46,253 nucleotides of DNA from a virus. Its lineage: Duplodnaviria > Heunggongvirae > Uroviricota > Caudoviricetes. Each line of letters begins with the position of its first letter. Position 1 is the first letter of the stretch. Location: positions 1-46,253 of IMG/VR virus record IMGVR_UViG_2721755496_000003; one strand, 5' to 3'. This document shows positions 34,172 to 42,121 of this stretch, piece by piece. Under the pieces are notes generated by a model. That model saw nothing but the letters and a program-made list of their open reading frames with translations. It had not been told where the DNA came from and ran no database searches. A program made the translations under genes and the position numbers.

Positions 34172-34471
34172 ATGACATATGAAGTCATCATTACTCCTGA
34201 GGCCGAACAACAGATAATCAACCTGCACAGACATATAACGGAGAAAGCAGGGAACGTCATTGCTGACAATTATGCCAATGCGCTTCTTGATTTTCTTGAT
34301 GGGTTTTCCACATTCCCACACCGGGGCAATAAACGCGATGATATTCGCCAGGGGATGCGGGTAACTCATTTCCGCCACAGAACGATTATTGCTTTTGCCG
34401 TTGATGGCAATAAAGTCTTTATCGCTGGCGTTTACCATGGTGGACAAAGTTATGAAGCCGATTTCTTATAA
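34172..34471 (+). CDS. parE: Type II toxin, ParE/RelE superfamily
   Basis: 99 aa, starts 5 nt after parD; RelE/ParE fold-like sequence. Confidence 0.7.
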   Translation: MTYEVIITPEAEQQIINLHRHITEKAGNVIADNYANALLDFLDGFSTFPHRGNKRDDIRQGMRVTHFRHRTIIAFAVDGNKVFIAGVYHGGQSYEADFL

Positions 34472-34550
34472 ACTTTTACCCACATCATTCCGGTGTTAGA
34501 ATAAACCGTCCGCCCCATCTCTTACTGGCGGATTCGTAGGCTATATAAAT

Positions 34551-34588
34551 AAAAGATCCCGGCTTGTGTTTGCGTCGGGATCTTTTTT
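34551..34588. terminator. Bidirectional intrinsic terminator between parDE and the convergent minus-strand genes
   Basis: gatcccggc-N11-tcgggatc flanked by AAAA and TTTTTT. Confidence 0.5.
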
Positions 34589-34595
34589 CAGTGAT

Positions 34596-34679
34596 TTATC
34601 CCCAGCGACAAATCGAATACACAACCAGAGCCACAGCTATTGCTGCTCCTACCGTTGTGAATGCCTCAGGCCAGGTCAT
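34596..34679 (-). CDS. 27-aa hydrophobic peptide, translationally coupled (ATGA) to the upstream 158-aa gene
   Basis: MTWPEAFTTVGAAIAVALVVYSICRWG; ATG overlaps the TGA of the upstream ORF; not in ORF track. Confidence 0.3.
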   Translation of the reverse strand: MTWPEAFTTVGAAIAVALVVYSICRWG

Positions 34680-35152
34680 CGTAAAACATCCTCTACGCTT
34701 ATCAGCCCGCTCTTTTTCAGATACTCCATCGCATTTTCCGGTAGCTTGCTTGATTTATTAACGCTTTTTAAGGAATGAGATAACCGCTTCACCCACATTG
34801 TTAATTCACATAGTTGTTTACCAGGTTCGCCTTTGCCCTGAAACATGTGCTCACGACTGGACTTCCAGAATATCCATGCCAAATCAACATTCGGATCCAG
34901 GTAATTCATCCCTCCGTTGGCACGAAGCAATAATGCTTCATGGTTTTTATCATCCGCATGGAACCTGATAAGCGATTCGAACTGGTCACGACCGTCATCA
35001 GTCCATGCCACCGGTTCTGATTCCAGCGATGTCAGTGCAATTTTGAATAACTCACCCTCTACTCGTGCCACGCCTGAATTGGGATGGCATTTCGCAATCG
35101 CTATTTTTAATTTAGCTTCTTCGATTAATTGCTCTTTGGTTAATTCAGTCAT
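34676..35152 (-). CDS. Hypothetical 158-aa protein (nin-region)
   Basis: ORF with ATG start; no recognisable family. Confidence 0.5.
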   Translation of the reverse strand: MTELTKEQLIEEAKLKIAIAKCHPNSGVARVEGELFKIALTSLESEPVAWTDDGRDQFESLIRFHADDKNHEALLLRANGGMNYLDPNVDLAWIFWKSSREHMFQGKGEPGKQLCELTMWVKRLSHSLKSVNKSSKLPENAMEYLKKSGLISVEDVLR

Positions 35153-35298
35153 TTTTCATTACCGCCCTTTCGGGCGGCCTCCTGATGATTTGAGGGTGCA
35201 GAAATCCCTCCGGTTAAGGATTAAATTTTATTTACAGAACTTAATTTAATTATTCAGATATACGTATCTGTAACCTTACGAACCTACTCACTGGATGC

Positions 35299-35772
35299 CT
35301 ATTTCATAAAAATAATCCAGTGGGTTTTATCGTTTTTTCCTGTTCGTTGACCGATAACAGGTTTTCTGTCGGTCAGTACCAATATCTGGCGAACAGGTAT
35401 TTGCGTTTCATTCCATTTAAAAATCAGAACTCCGTATGGACGCAACACACGAAAGGTTTCTTTAAATCCCTGCCGCAAATCATCACGCCAGGTATCTTTA
35501 TTCAGCCATCCATATTTCTTTCCCATCCAGGCGTTATCACCAACACGCTCAAGATGCGGAGGGTCGAATATAACCATCGAAAAAGATGCGTCTGCAAATG
35601 GTAGTGCACGAAAATCAGCTATCAGATCAGGACTGATAATCAGGCGTCGTCCATCACACAATGTGTGCTCTTCCTTTCTGATATCGCTAAATATCGCCAG
35701 GTCGTCATTCTTATCGAACCAGAACATGCGACTGCCACAGCACATATCAAGAATGGTTGCCGGTGCACTCAC
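35299..35772 (-). CDS. Small SAM-dependent (probable DNA) methyltransferase
   Basis: Motif I-like ILDMCCGSRMF and motif IV-like FDPPH; GTG start overlapping the upstream stop (GTGA). Confidence 0.5.
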   Translation of the reverse strand: MSAPATILDMCCGSRMFWFDKNDDLAIFSDIRKEEHTLCDGRRLIISPDLIADFRALPFADASFSMVIFDPPHLERVGDNAWMGKKYGWLNKDTWRDDLRQGFKETFRVLRPYGVLIFKWNETQIPVRQILVLTDRKPVIGQRTGKNDKTHWIIFMK

Positions 35773-36191
35773 TGCGCTACCTCCTGAAAATTACCCTGAT
35801 AGAACGCCAGTACACGCTGCATAACTTCACTATTCCGGCACTCGCGACAGATTATGTTTTGGTGCCTGTCATAACGACGTATTTCTCCGTCTGGTAATGA
35901 CCAGATAAGGTCCGGATCAACCACAACCGGTTTCTTCGCCTTTGCCCTTGAGAGTTTTTTGCGGGCGTTTTGCCAGTCCTTACGAGCCTGTTCTGACGGA
36001 AATAACCCGTAGCCAGAATTGTATACATCGCCACTGGCAACCAGCTCTCTGGCGAGAACACTCATCAGATATCTTGTCGCACCTGTTTTCGCTTCCAGTT
36101 GCCTTAACGTCTCGCGCCCACTCTGGCGTACTAGCTCAACAACCTGCTCCTTAATTTTTTCCCGCTCTTCTTGTGTAAATACTTTTGCCAT
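35769..36191 (-). CDS. Hypothetical protein (140 aa)
   Basis: GGAGG RBS 6 nt upstream of the ATG at 36191; possible HTH (TLRQLEAKTGATRYLMSVLAREL). Confidence 0.45.
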   Translation of the reverse strand: MAKVFTQEEREKIKEQVVELVRQSGRETLRQLEAKTGATRYLMSVLARELVASGDVYNSGYGLFPSEQARKDWQNARKKLSRAKAKKPVVVDPDLIWSLPDGEIRRYDRHQNIICRECRNSEVMQRVLAFYQGNFQEVAQ

Positions 36192-36206
36192 AAGCGCCTC
36201 CGGCAA

Positions 36207-36938
36207 TCACTTTTCCGATGCAACACGGCGGGAAGAATCAGTAATCTGTCGTACAATATCCCTGTGCTTGTTCAACTCCCGCAGCGCGGCGCAGACACGC
36301 TCCCACTTCTGAACCTGACCTTTTGCCCGGCGCAACTCGCGGTTAGCCACATGCAGCGATGGCAAAATCAGGTCATCCGCTCGCGTTTCAGTAAACGATG
36401 GCAACGACTGCACAATGTCCGCCACCGCTTCTGTTTTAATCTCTTCCTGTGTTTCCGCTTCCTGTACTGGTAACGCAACACCTGCTGGCTGAGGAAAGGC
36501 TTTACCAGCAGTTTCCGTTACCGATGCAGCTTTCGGCTCTGCTGGTAAATTATCGCCCGGCAGGCAGTAACGAAATTTACCGTTCTGATTTACTCGAATC
36601 AGACGACCTTTGCTGATTGCCATTGCCAGCGTTGAATTCGCCCGGCGGGAGGTAATCCCGAACATTAACGCCAGTTCGTCAGCCGACTGAGGACCATGCT
36701 GTTCAATTGCGTTAATCAGCATCTCCGCAGTGGTTTTTGTGGCCATTTCAGTTGCCTCACTCGTCAGCCACCACATCGACCCCTTGTTATCAGCTTCACC
36801 ACGACGCTTCAGCTTCCAGAGTTCAGTAACAGCATCGTCACGTCTGATTTCAAGACGGGCTGCAATTTCGTGCGACGAGGCTTTTTTAAGTGCTTTCAGT
36901 GCGTCAAAAACGGTTTCCATTAAAATTTCCTCCGACAA
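36207..36938 (-). CDS. Hypothetical protein (243 aa) downstream of replication genes
   Basis: ORF with helix-rich N-terminal domain and Ala/Pro/Glu-rich linker. Confidence 0.5.
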   Translation of the reverse strand: MSEEILMETVFDALKALKKASSHEIAARLEIRRDDAVTELWKLKRRGEADNKGSMWWLTSEATEMATKTTAEMLINAIEQHGPQSADELALMFGITSRRANSTLAMAISKGRLIRVNQNGKFRYCLPGDNLPAEPKAASVTETAGKAFPQPAGVALPVQEAETQEEIKTEAVADIVQSLPSFTETRADDLILPSLHVANRELRRAKGQVQKWERVCAALRELNKHRDIVRQITDSSRRVASEK

Positions 36939-36953
36939 AATTATTTCTCAAAT

Positions 36954-37619
36954 TCAGACAAAACCAGCCGCTTTCCGGCGCTCATATTCCTGTTTCAGTA
37001 ACTCAATTGGCGTTGGCCCTGGCGGGTGTTTTGGCCCTTCCAGTTGTCGTCGCACTGGCGGAACACTCATGCCGTTACCAACATTCTTTGCCCATTTGGT
37101 CAACAGTCGTTCTGCAAGTCGTTTCAGCTCACTCTCAGTCATCTGACGTTCAATCCCTCTGGTGCGCATCTCGAGGCAAATGTGGTACAGCACAGGCTGT
37201 GGCCACGGGTATTTATCACTCCCGTCGTACCGCCAGGATTCATTGCGCCAGCGACGGTATTCCTCCATCACGGTATCCACCGTCAGGCCAAATGGATTTG
37301 CCCCACTTTCCGAAAGCAACGCCACAAACTCAGCCAGGTCAGGAGGCCATGTTTCACCCGTCCGGCAACGGTCCATGCACTGTCGGCAGACCTGCCGGAT
37401 TTGCTGCTCAGTCATCGCGCCAATCTGTGCAATCCAGAGCTTCGAAGGTGCGGCCCCGTTCTTCTGGGTCCAGCGGTTCGAATAAACCTCCCCCATGAGC
37501 TCCCACAGCTTCCACGCCGTTTCCGTCGCTGACAAATCCGTTTTCACGTTCCCACTGCTCACGTGCTGCCCGAATTTCCCGAACGGCCCGTGATGCGGTG
37601 CCACCTGGTGCTGCTGCAT
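36954..37619 (-). CDS. Replication protein P-like (helicase loader)
   Basis: Architecture and residues resemble lambda P (...YPWPQPVLYHICLEMRTRGIERQMTESELKRLAERLL...); AGGGGG RBS at 37625-37631; the 5' 212 nt overlap the upstream gene. Confidence 0.6.
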   Translation of the reverse strand: MQQHQVAPHHGPFGKFGQHVSSGNVKTDLSATETAWKLWELMGEVYSNRWTQKNGAAPSKLWIAQIGAMTEQQIRQVCRQCMDRCRTGETWPPDLAEFVALLSESGANPFGLTVDTVMEEYRRWRNESWRYDGSDKYPWPQPVLYHICLEMRTRGIERQMTESELKRLAERLLTKWAKNVGNGMSVPPVRRQLEGPKHPPGPTPIELLKQEYERRKAAGFV

Positions 37620-38427
37620 GGCTCACCCCCTTGCTGACTGGCTTAACCTGCGCCCTGACGTGATTTACGTGACGGGCGAATTTCTGCTCCCACTGAACCT
37701 GCGTGAAAACTTTACCCTCCGCTTCCCAGTAGTCCCGGAAGGCGACAAGTTCAGCAGGTGTAAATTCAGGCTCCGGCAGAGCCACTCCCCACAGTGCAGC
37801 CCGCCGTCGAAAATCCGGCGACGGATGCCAGCCACCGGCCATCGGAAACTTCCCGATGGGTTCGCTCAGGCTTTCCAGGTAATCAGGTTCCGCTGCCTGC
37901 AACGGCGTACCGTTCGACTCACTGGTCGGAGCACTCTCGCGCACGCGCGCGTAATGTGTGGGGTTTAATTCTTTTAGATCTGTATCTTTATTAGTTGCTT
38001 TTGTGTTGGCATCATGTTCAAGCACAACACCAACATCTGTTTGAACACCTGTTAAATTTAGTTCGCGATTTGTTTGAACATCCGCTTCCTTTCTGTTTCT
38101 TCTGGCCTGAACGGATGCTTTCCCTGCTGCTGATTTTTTGGTTAATTTTTCCCTGACTGATGCCAGATCTTCCTCAATCCGAAGATGCACCCATTCATCG
38201 CCGTTATCGCAAAAAAACTCCCGCAAGGATGGTTCCACATCAGCCCATCGCTCGTTAGTCAGACGGGCAATTTTTGCCAGCCTGTTTTTGGGTATTGGCT
38301 TCCCTGTTTGCCAGTAATTGAACATCAGCAACAAATACGCACCGTGCTCCTCTGCTGACAAATGCATGGTGTCAGCCAGGTAATCAGCTATGTACAGTTG
38401 CATGTATGGTAATGCGGCCATGTTCAC
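37408..38427 (-). CDS. Replication initiator, YdaU-type (DUF1376 N-domain plus DnaT-like C-terminal region)
   Basis: N-terminus MAALPYMQLYIADYLADTMHLSAEEHGAYLLLMFNYWQTGKPIP typical of DUF1376; position after ydaT as in Rac. Confidence 0.6.
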   Translation of the reverse strand: MNMAALPYMQLYIADYLADTMHLSAEEHGAYLLLMFNYWQTGKPIPKNRLAKIARLTNERWADVEPSLREFFCDNGDEWVHLRIEEDLASVREKLTKKSAAGKASVQARRNRKEADVQTNRELNLTGVQTDVGVVLEHDANTKATNKDTDLKELNPTHYARVRESAPTSESNGTPLQAAEPDYLESLSEPIGKFPMAGGWHPSPDFRRRAALWGVALPEPEFTPAELVAFRDYWEAEGKVFTQVQWEQKFARHVNHVRAQVKPVSKGVSHAAAPGGTASRAVREIRAAREQWERENGFVSDGNGVEAVGAHGGGLFEPLDPEERGRTFEALDCTDWRDD

Positions 38428-38500
38428 CTCATCTGGTGCCGAACCTTCCTCTGGTTATAATCTGTGCTCCCCCAATCAACAGAACCAGAGGAGGTTCGAC

Positions 38501-38896
38501 ATGGATTTTGCAACTATCACAAGTAGTGTTGTGTTGAGTGCATGTGTTGCTGGCGTGGTTTCGCTGGTTAATGGTGCCTGGCAACTCAAATCGGAACGAA
38601 CCATTGAAGCGCAACGCCGGGCTGCTGAAGCCAGGGCTAAAATAAGAGAAATGGCTCTCACCCTCGCATTGAAAGAATGGGAACTTCACCAAACCATATC
38701 GAAGACAAAGGGGTATGGTGTCAGCGGACCGGAAGTTTACGTCTTTCGATACTTTCGTATGCTCAACCTGATGGAAGAAAACAAATTCACGATTGAAAAT
38801 CTCAGACTGATCCAGTACGACTCCATGTGCGCTGTTGCAGCAATTCAGGCTGAGATCGAGCGATATCGGGAGAAAAACGGCCTCCCGATGCCATAA
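38501..38896 (+). CDS. Membrane-anchored hypothetical protein (131 aa) transcribed antisense to the replication operon
   Basis: TATAAT at 38456-38461, GGAGG 6 nt upstream of ATG 38501; N-terminal TM helix (ITSSVVLSACVAGVVSLVNGAW) then helical domain. Confidence 0.45.
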   Translation: MDFATITSSVVLSACVAGVVSLVNGAWQLKSERTIEAQRRAAEARAKIREMALTLALKEWELHQTISKTKGYGVSGPEVYVFRYFRMLNLMEENKFTIENLRLIQYDSMCAVAAIQAEIERYREKNGLPMP

Positions 38897-38900
38897 ACAA

Positions 38901-39149
38901 TCAGCGTTTTTCATCTTTCCAAATCCTCATATCAGGCTTGCGCCCGATGAACCGACGAAAACAATTTAAAATCCACCGGGTGAAGTAATCCCTGAAACCA
39001 AAGAGATACCAGGTGAACAGATTCACGATAAAATGTCCGGTCAGAGCCCCACCGATACCACAGGCAAGAACAGTAAAAAAATCATGTAGATTCACATGCC
39101 CCCCGTCATTGTTAACGCCATCCGTGCTTTTAGTGCACCACCACGGCAT
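38901..39149 (-). CDS. Small membrane protein (82 aa) following ydaT
   Basis: Hydrophobic segment FFTVLACGIGGALTGHFIVNLFTWYLFGF; overlaps the ydaT 3' end by 20 nt. Confidence 0.3.
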   Translation of the reverse strand: MPWWCTKSTDGVNNDGGHVNLHDFFTVLACGIGGALTGHFIVNLFTWYLFGFRDYFTRWILNCFRRFIGRKPDMRIWKDEKR

Positions 39150-39555
39150 TACCTGCCGGGCCGCCGCGATTCATCTGGTCATACAAAACGACCGCTGACG
39201 CAACAAAATCGTCGACTTCCTTCACCAGCCGATCCCGCCGTTCGACAATCTCCCGGTAATACTCAGAACTGTGACTGCGCATACGGGCCACCAGCAAAGT
39301 CGGCATTGCCTTTTCGATCGCAGGTAACAACGCCTGAATTTTTTCAACCGCATCAGGAGTGTCTTTCTCCACCCAGCGGAAAATTTTCTGTGTATTACGA
39401 GCCAGGGCTTCCGGATGGCTGTCTTCGTACAGTTCCGGGAACGTCATTCCCAGTTCGAAATAAGCCTGGGTTATTCCAGCTGCTGGAACTTTTTCACCGT
39501 CCGGATACGCCCAGGCATTCATCGCCATGCGGATGTGCTCATGCTTGATTTTCAT
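39130..39555 (-). CDS. YdaT-family protein (CII-like regulator of Rac-type prophages)
   Basis: 141 aa; position and size match Rac ydaT after ydaS. Confidence 0.6.
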   Translation of the reverse strand: MKIKHEHIRMAMNAWAYPDGEKVPAAGITQAYFELGMTFPELYEDSHPEALARNTQKIFRWVEKDTPDAVEKIQALLPAIEKAMPTLLVARMRSHSSEYYREIVERRDRLVKEVDDFVASAVVLYDQMNRGGPAGNAVVVH

Positions 39556-39820
39556 GAATCAAGCTCCTAGAAAATGGTTGTGTTAACGTTTTGGTATCTT
39601 CCAGCTCGGGCCAAATATTCATCCAATCAAAAGGCCTTAGTTGCTGACGTGTAACTTCACCATTACTGGCTCGCTCAATAAGGACACATAACGATGCCCC
39701 TAGCACTTGACCTTTACTCAATGCCTTTCTTAGATAACCGATGCTGGTACCACACTCGTATGCAAACATACGCTGTTCATCTGACGAAAGAGAATTGAGA
39801 AATATTCTTAATTCTTCCAT
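39539..39820 (-). CDS. YdaS-family HTH protein (Cro-like)
   Basis: ...MFAYECGTSIGYLRKALSKGQ...LIERASNGEVTRQQLRPFDW, YdaS-type motif; divergent from the repressor. Confidence 0.65.
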   Translation of the reverse strand: MEELRIFLNSLSSDEQRMFAYECGTSIGYLRKALSKGQVLGASLCVLIERASNGEVTRQQLRPFDWMNIWPELEDTKTLTQPFSRSLIHENQA

Positions 39821-39920
39821 AGCTACTCCTTAGTAAACACAGCAAAGAATACCCTCAGGTAAACAAAAGTCAATACCCACAGGTTGTTTACCTTGCGGTA
39901 ATTGCATCTATTATTTACCT
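39821..39920. promoter_or_regulatory. Divergent promoter/operator region between the Cro-like and repressor genes
   Basis: TACCCTCAGGTA (39850-39861), TACCCACAGGT (39874-39884) and GGTAAACAA/TTGTTTACC inverted repeat. Confidence 0.5.
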
Positions 39921-40340
39921 ATGGACAAATATGAATTTAGACGACAGCAACTCATCAAAATTCGTGATGAGAAATGCGATGGTAAAGCGGTTAACGTGGC
40001 CAGAAAGATCGGGCGCGAGCCTTCTTATGTATCAAGAATGTTGTACCCAGAGGGGAAAAAGGGAAAAAAACGGATCGCCGATGATATGGTGGAGATTATC
40101 GAAGAGTCCTTTGGGTTACCCCGGGGATGGATGGATGGTATCGTTTCATCATCAACGAACACAGCCTCCAGTTATGAAACAAGGGTTCTAACGCCACGAC
40201 AACGTATTTTTTTAGATCTCTTAGACGAACTGCCAGAAAGTGAAGCGGATAACTTATTAAAAACTCTTGAAGAGAAAAAACAGTATTACAATATGATCTA
40301 CGAAGAAATCCGTAAAAAGAAAGCACAAAACGCATCATAG
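39921..40340 (+). CDS. Prophage repressor (HTH, no S24 peptidase domain; RacR/DicA functional analogue)
   Basis: 139 aa with N-terminal HTH (AVNVARKIGREPSYVSRML); divergent from ydaS. Confidence 0.6.
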   Translation: MDKYEFRRQQLIKIRDEKCDGKAVNVARKIGREPSYVSRMLYPEGKKGKKRIADDMVEIIEESFGLPRGWMDGIVSSSTNTASSYETRVLTPRQRIFLDLLDELPESEADNLLKTLEEKKQYYNMIYEEIRKKKAQNAS

Positions 40341-40383
40341 CTCACCAAACAACCAGTCACCAGTTAAGACACCGCAAAAAAAT

Positions 40384-40420
40384 TACCCATGGGTATTTAC
40401 TTTTTAAATACCCATGGGTA
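40384..40420. promoter_or_regulatory. Two perfect 12-bp palindromes TACCCATGGGTA (candidate operators for the leftward-equivalent operon)
   Basis: Exact palindromes at 40384-40395 and 40409-40420, related to the half-sites in the 39821-39920 region. Confidence 0.4.
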
Positions 40421-40605
40421 TCCTTCTTTTCATACCAACCCACCCCGCCCCACAGAACGCAGGGCAATACTTCGAGTTACCAGGCAGTGGTCAGGGGTTA
40501 AGTAGCCAGCCCGAGGCGTATGAACATGACGGCGGGAACGCTTTGTATAACAGCGCAGCAGGTTTTTAGTTCCGCGACCCGGCGTTAAGGGTAAATGAGG
40601 TCAAC

Positions 40606-40758
40606 ATGGATATGCTCAATCTTGGCAACAATGAATCTCTGGTGTGCGGAGTATTCCCCAACCAGGACGGCACATTCACCGCCATGACGTATACCAAAAG
40701 CAAAACGTTTAAAACCGAATCTGGCGCGCGTCGCTGGTTAGCAAGAAACTCTGACTAA
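40606..40758 (+). CDS. Small protein (50 aa), YdfA-like position
   Basis: GAGG RBS 8 nt upstream of the ATG; not in ORF track. Confidence 0.35.
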   Translation: MDMLNLGNNESLVCGVFPNQDGTFTAMTYTKSKTFKTESGARRWLARNSD

Positions 40759-40873
40759 TGAAATCTGGTAATTAAGGAATCCTCCACGGGGGGGGAAGTG
40801 GTGCACACGCGCCGGATACAAGCAAGCATCCGGCATGCTCTTTAACAATCTGGATATCCATAACAGTAAAAAT

Positions 40874-41365
40874 CTACAGATTGCCGTTCAGTTTTCTGGC
40901 CAACTCTTCAATAGATGGAGGCGATACGTAATCCGGATTTTTATTCATAAGAAACTGATTTTCACAGTATAGGCACCTGCTTTTATGAAAAAACTCACAT
41001 TCTCTAACCGGGAATGGCTGAAGTATCGATACTATCTTTTGTCCAAAACATTTTGGACAAAGATGCATGATTATGCTGCCGCCGTTCACGGTTACCTCCT
41101 TCGAGTACACAAAAGTTCCCGACTCAAGTTGGCTAAGGATATAACCTTCCGTCTGAGCCTCAAAGTTTTCAAATTCTGCAATTTTAGCTTTGAGAGAAGC
41201 ATTTATTTCTTGATAAGTGCCCACCAGCTCAACGAGAGACACGCATTCGCGCTGAATAGATGCAAGCTTTGAGTTCAGTTCACCAATAGCCGCATTTACT
41301 TCAGCTTGAGTTTTTGCCTCGTTCATTAGTTTTGCAATCTGGGCGGTTTCACGAATAGCCGTCAT
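40874..41365 (-). CDS. Hypothetical coiled-coil protein with C-terminal four-cysteine zinc-ribbon-like motif, antisense within the dicB-type operon
   Basis: About 164 aa from ATG 41365 (ORF open to 41671; no clear SD); CPKC...CLYC motif; AT-rich. Confidence 0.45.
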   Translation of the reverse strand: MTAIRETAQIAKLMNEAKTQAEVNAAIGELNSKLASIQRECVSLVELVGTYQEINASLKAKIAEFENFEAQTEGYILSQLESGTFVYSKEVTVNGGSIIMHLCPKCFGQKIVSILQPFPVRECEFFHKSRCLYCENQFLMNKNPDYVSPPSIEELARKLNGNL

Positions 41366-41699
41366 TGCTGCCGTTAATTCAGCGATCACATTCAATACTC
41401 TTATTGTTGTTGGGGATATCCAGATTAACAAGATCCTTGTTGTTGGGGAATAACGGGGACCACCTCGCCTGACGTGGTAAAAAGCAGGCACACAACACGA
41501 AAGCGCACGGCGAGGTTGCTGGTTCATAGATAGCCTGTCGTTAAATTTTCGTCGACCGTGCGCTTCCGGTTGTGGCAATCCGCGAAATGGTGCGGCGGTA
41601 AGTATGGCGGGGTTATTCCTTCTCCGTTGAGTACACCGGGTTGTCAGGTTGACCATACGCTTAAGAGACAACCACGCTGCAACGCCCTCTGTTATCCAT

Positions 41700-41758
41700 T
41701 TTCTGGTGACGTTTGGCGGTACCAGTTTTACTCCGTAACTGCTCTGCCGCCTTTTTTA
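41700..41758 (+). ncRNA. dicF: DicF-like sRNA (ftsZ-targeting antisense RNA) with intrinsic terminator
   Basis: tttctggtgacgtttggcggtaccagttttactccgtaactgctctgccgcc followed by tttttt; matches E. coli DicF as recalled with 2-3 substitutions. Confidence 0.7.
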
Positions 41759-41932
41759 AAGTGAATTTTGTGATGCGGTGAATGCGGCTCAGCGCACGCG
41801 GAACAGTTAAAACAAGCGGTCTTTTACGGGCGTAACGGGAATGCTCTGTATCCGGCGTTAATTGTTAACTGGTTAACGTCACCTGGAGGCACCAGGCACT
41901 GCATCACAAAATTCATTGTTGAGGACGCGATA

Positions 41933-42121
41933 ATGGAAACGTTATTACCAAACGTTAATACGTCTGAAGGTTGTTTTAATATTGGCATTCAGCTCAGTAA
42001 TAAAGACTTCACTGATGATGCCATTAATATGAGGAAATATGAGCCTTATCTTCTGAATGATAATTCCATACTTTCAAGAATTGCTCTTCTTCAACTTGGC
42101 ATTTTTGGAGAACAGCGATGA
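41933..42121 (+). CDS. dicB: Cell division inhibitor DicB
   Basis: 62 aa, METLLPNVNTSEGCFNIG... closely resembles the K-12 DicB N-terminus; immediately downstream of DicF. Confidence 0.7.
   Translation: METLLPNVNTSEGCFNIGIQLSNKDFTDDAINMRKYEPYLLNDNSILSRIALLQLGIFGEQR

Noticed and set aside
40985-41272. 95-aa plus-strand ORF that could have been a ydfB/ydfC equivalent
   Set aside because: Fully antisense to the more protein-like zinc-ribbon ORF, lacks an RBS, and has a Leu/Phe/Lys/Arg-rich composition typical of AT-rich antisense frames.
41558-41764. 68-aa plus-strand ORF overlapping DicF
   Set aside because: Overlaps the DicF sRNA and its terminator; better explained as RNA.
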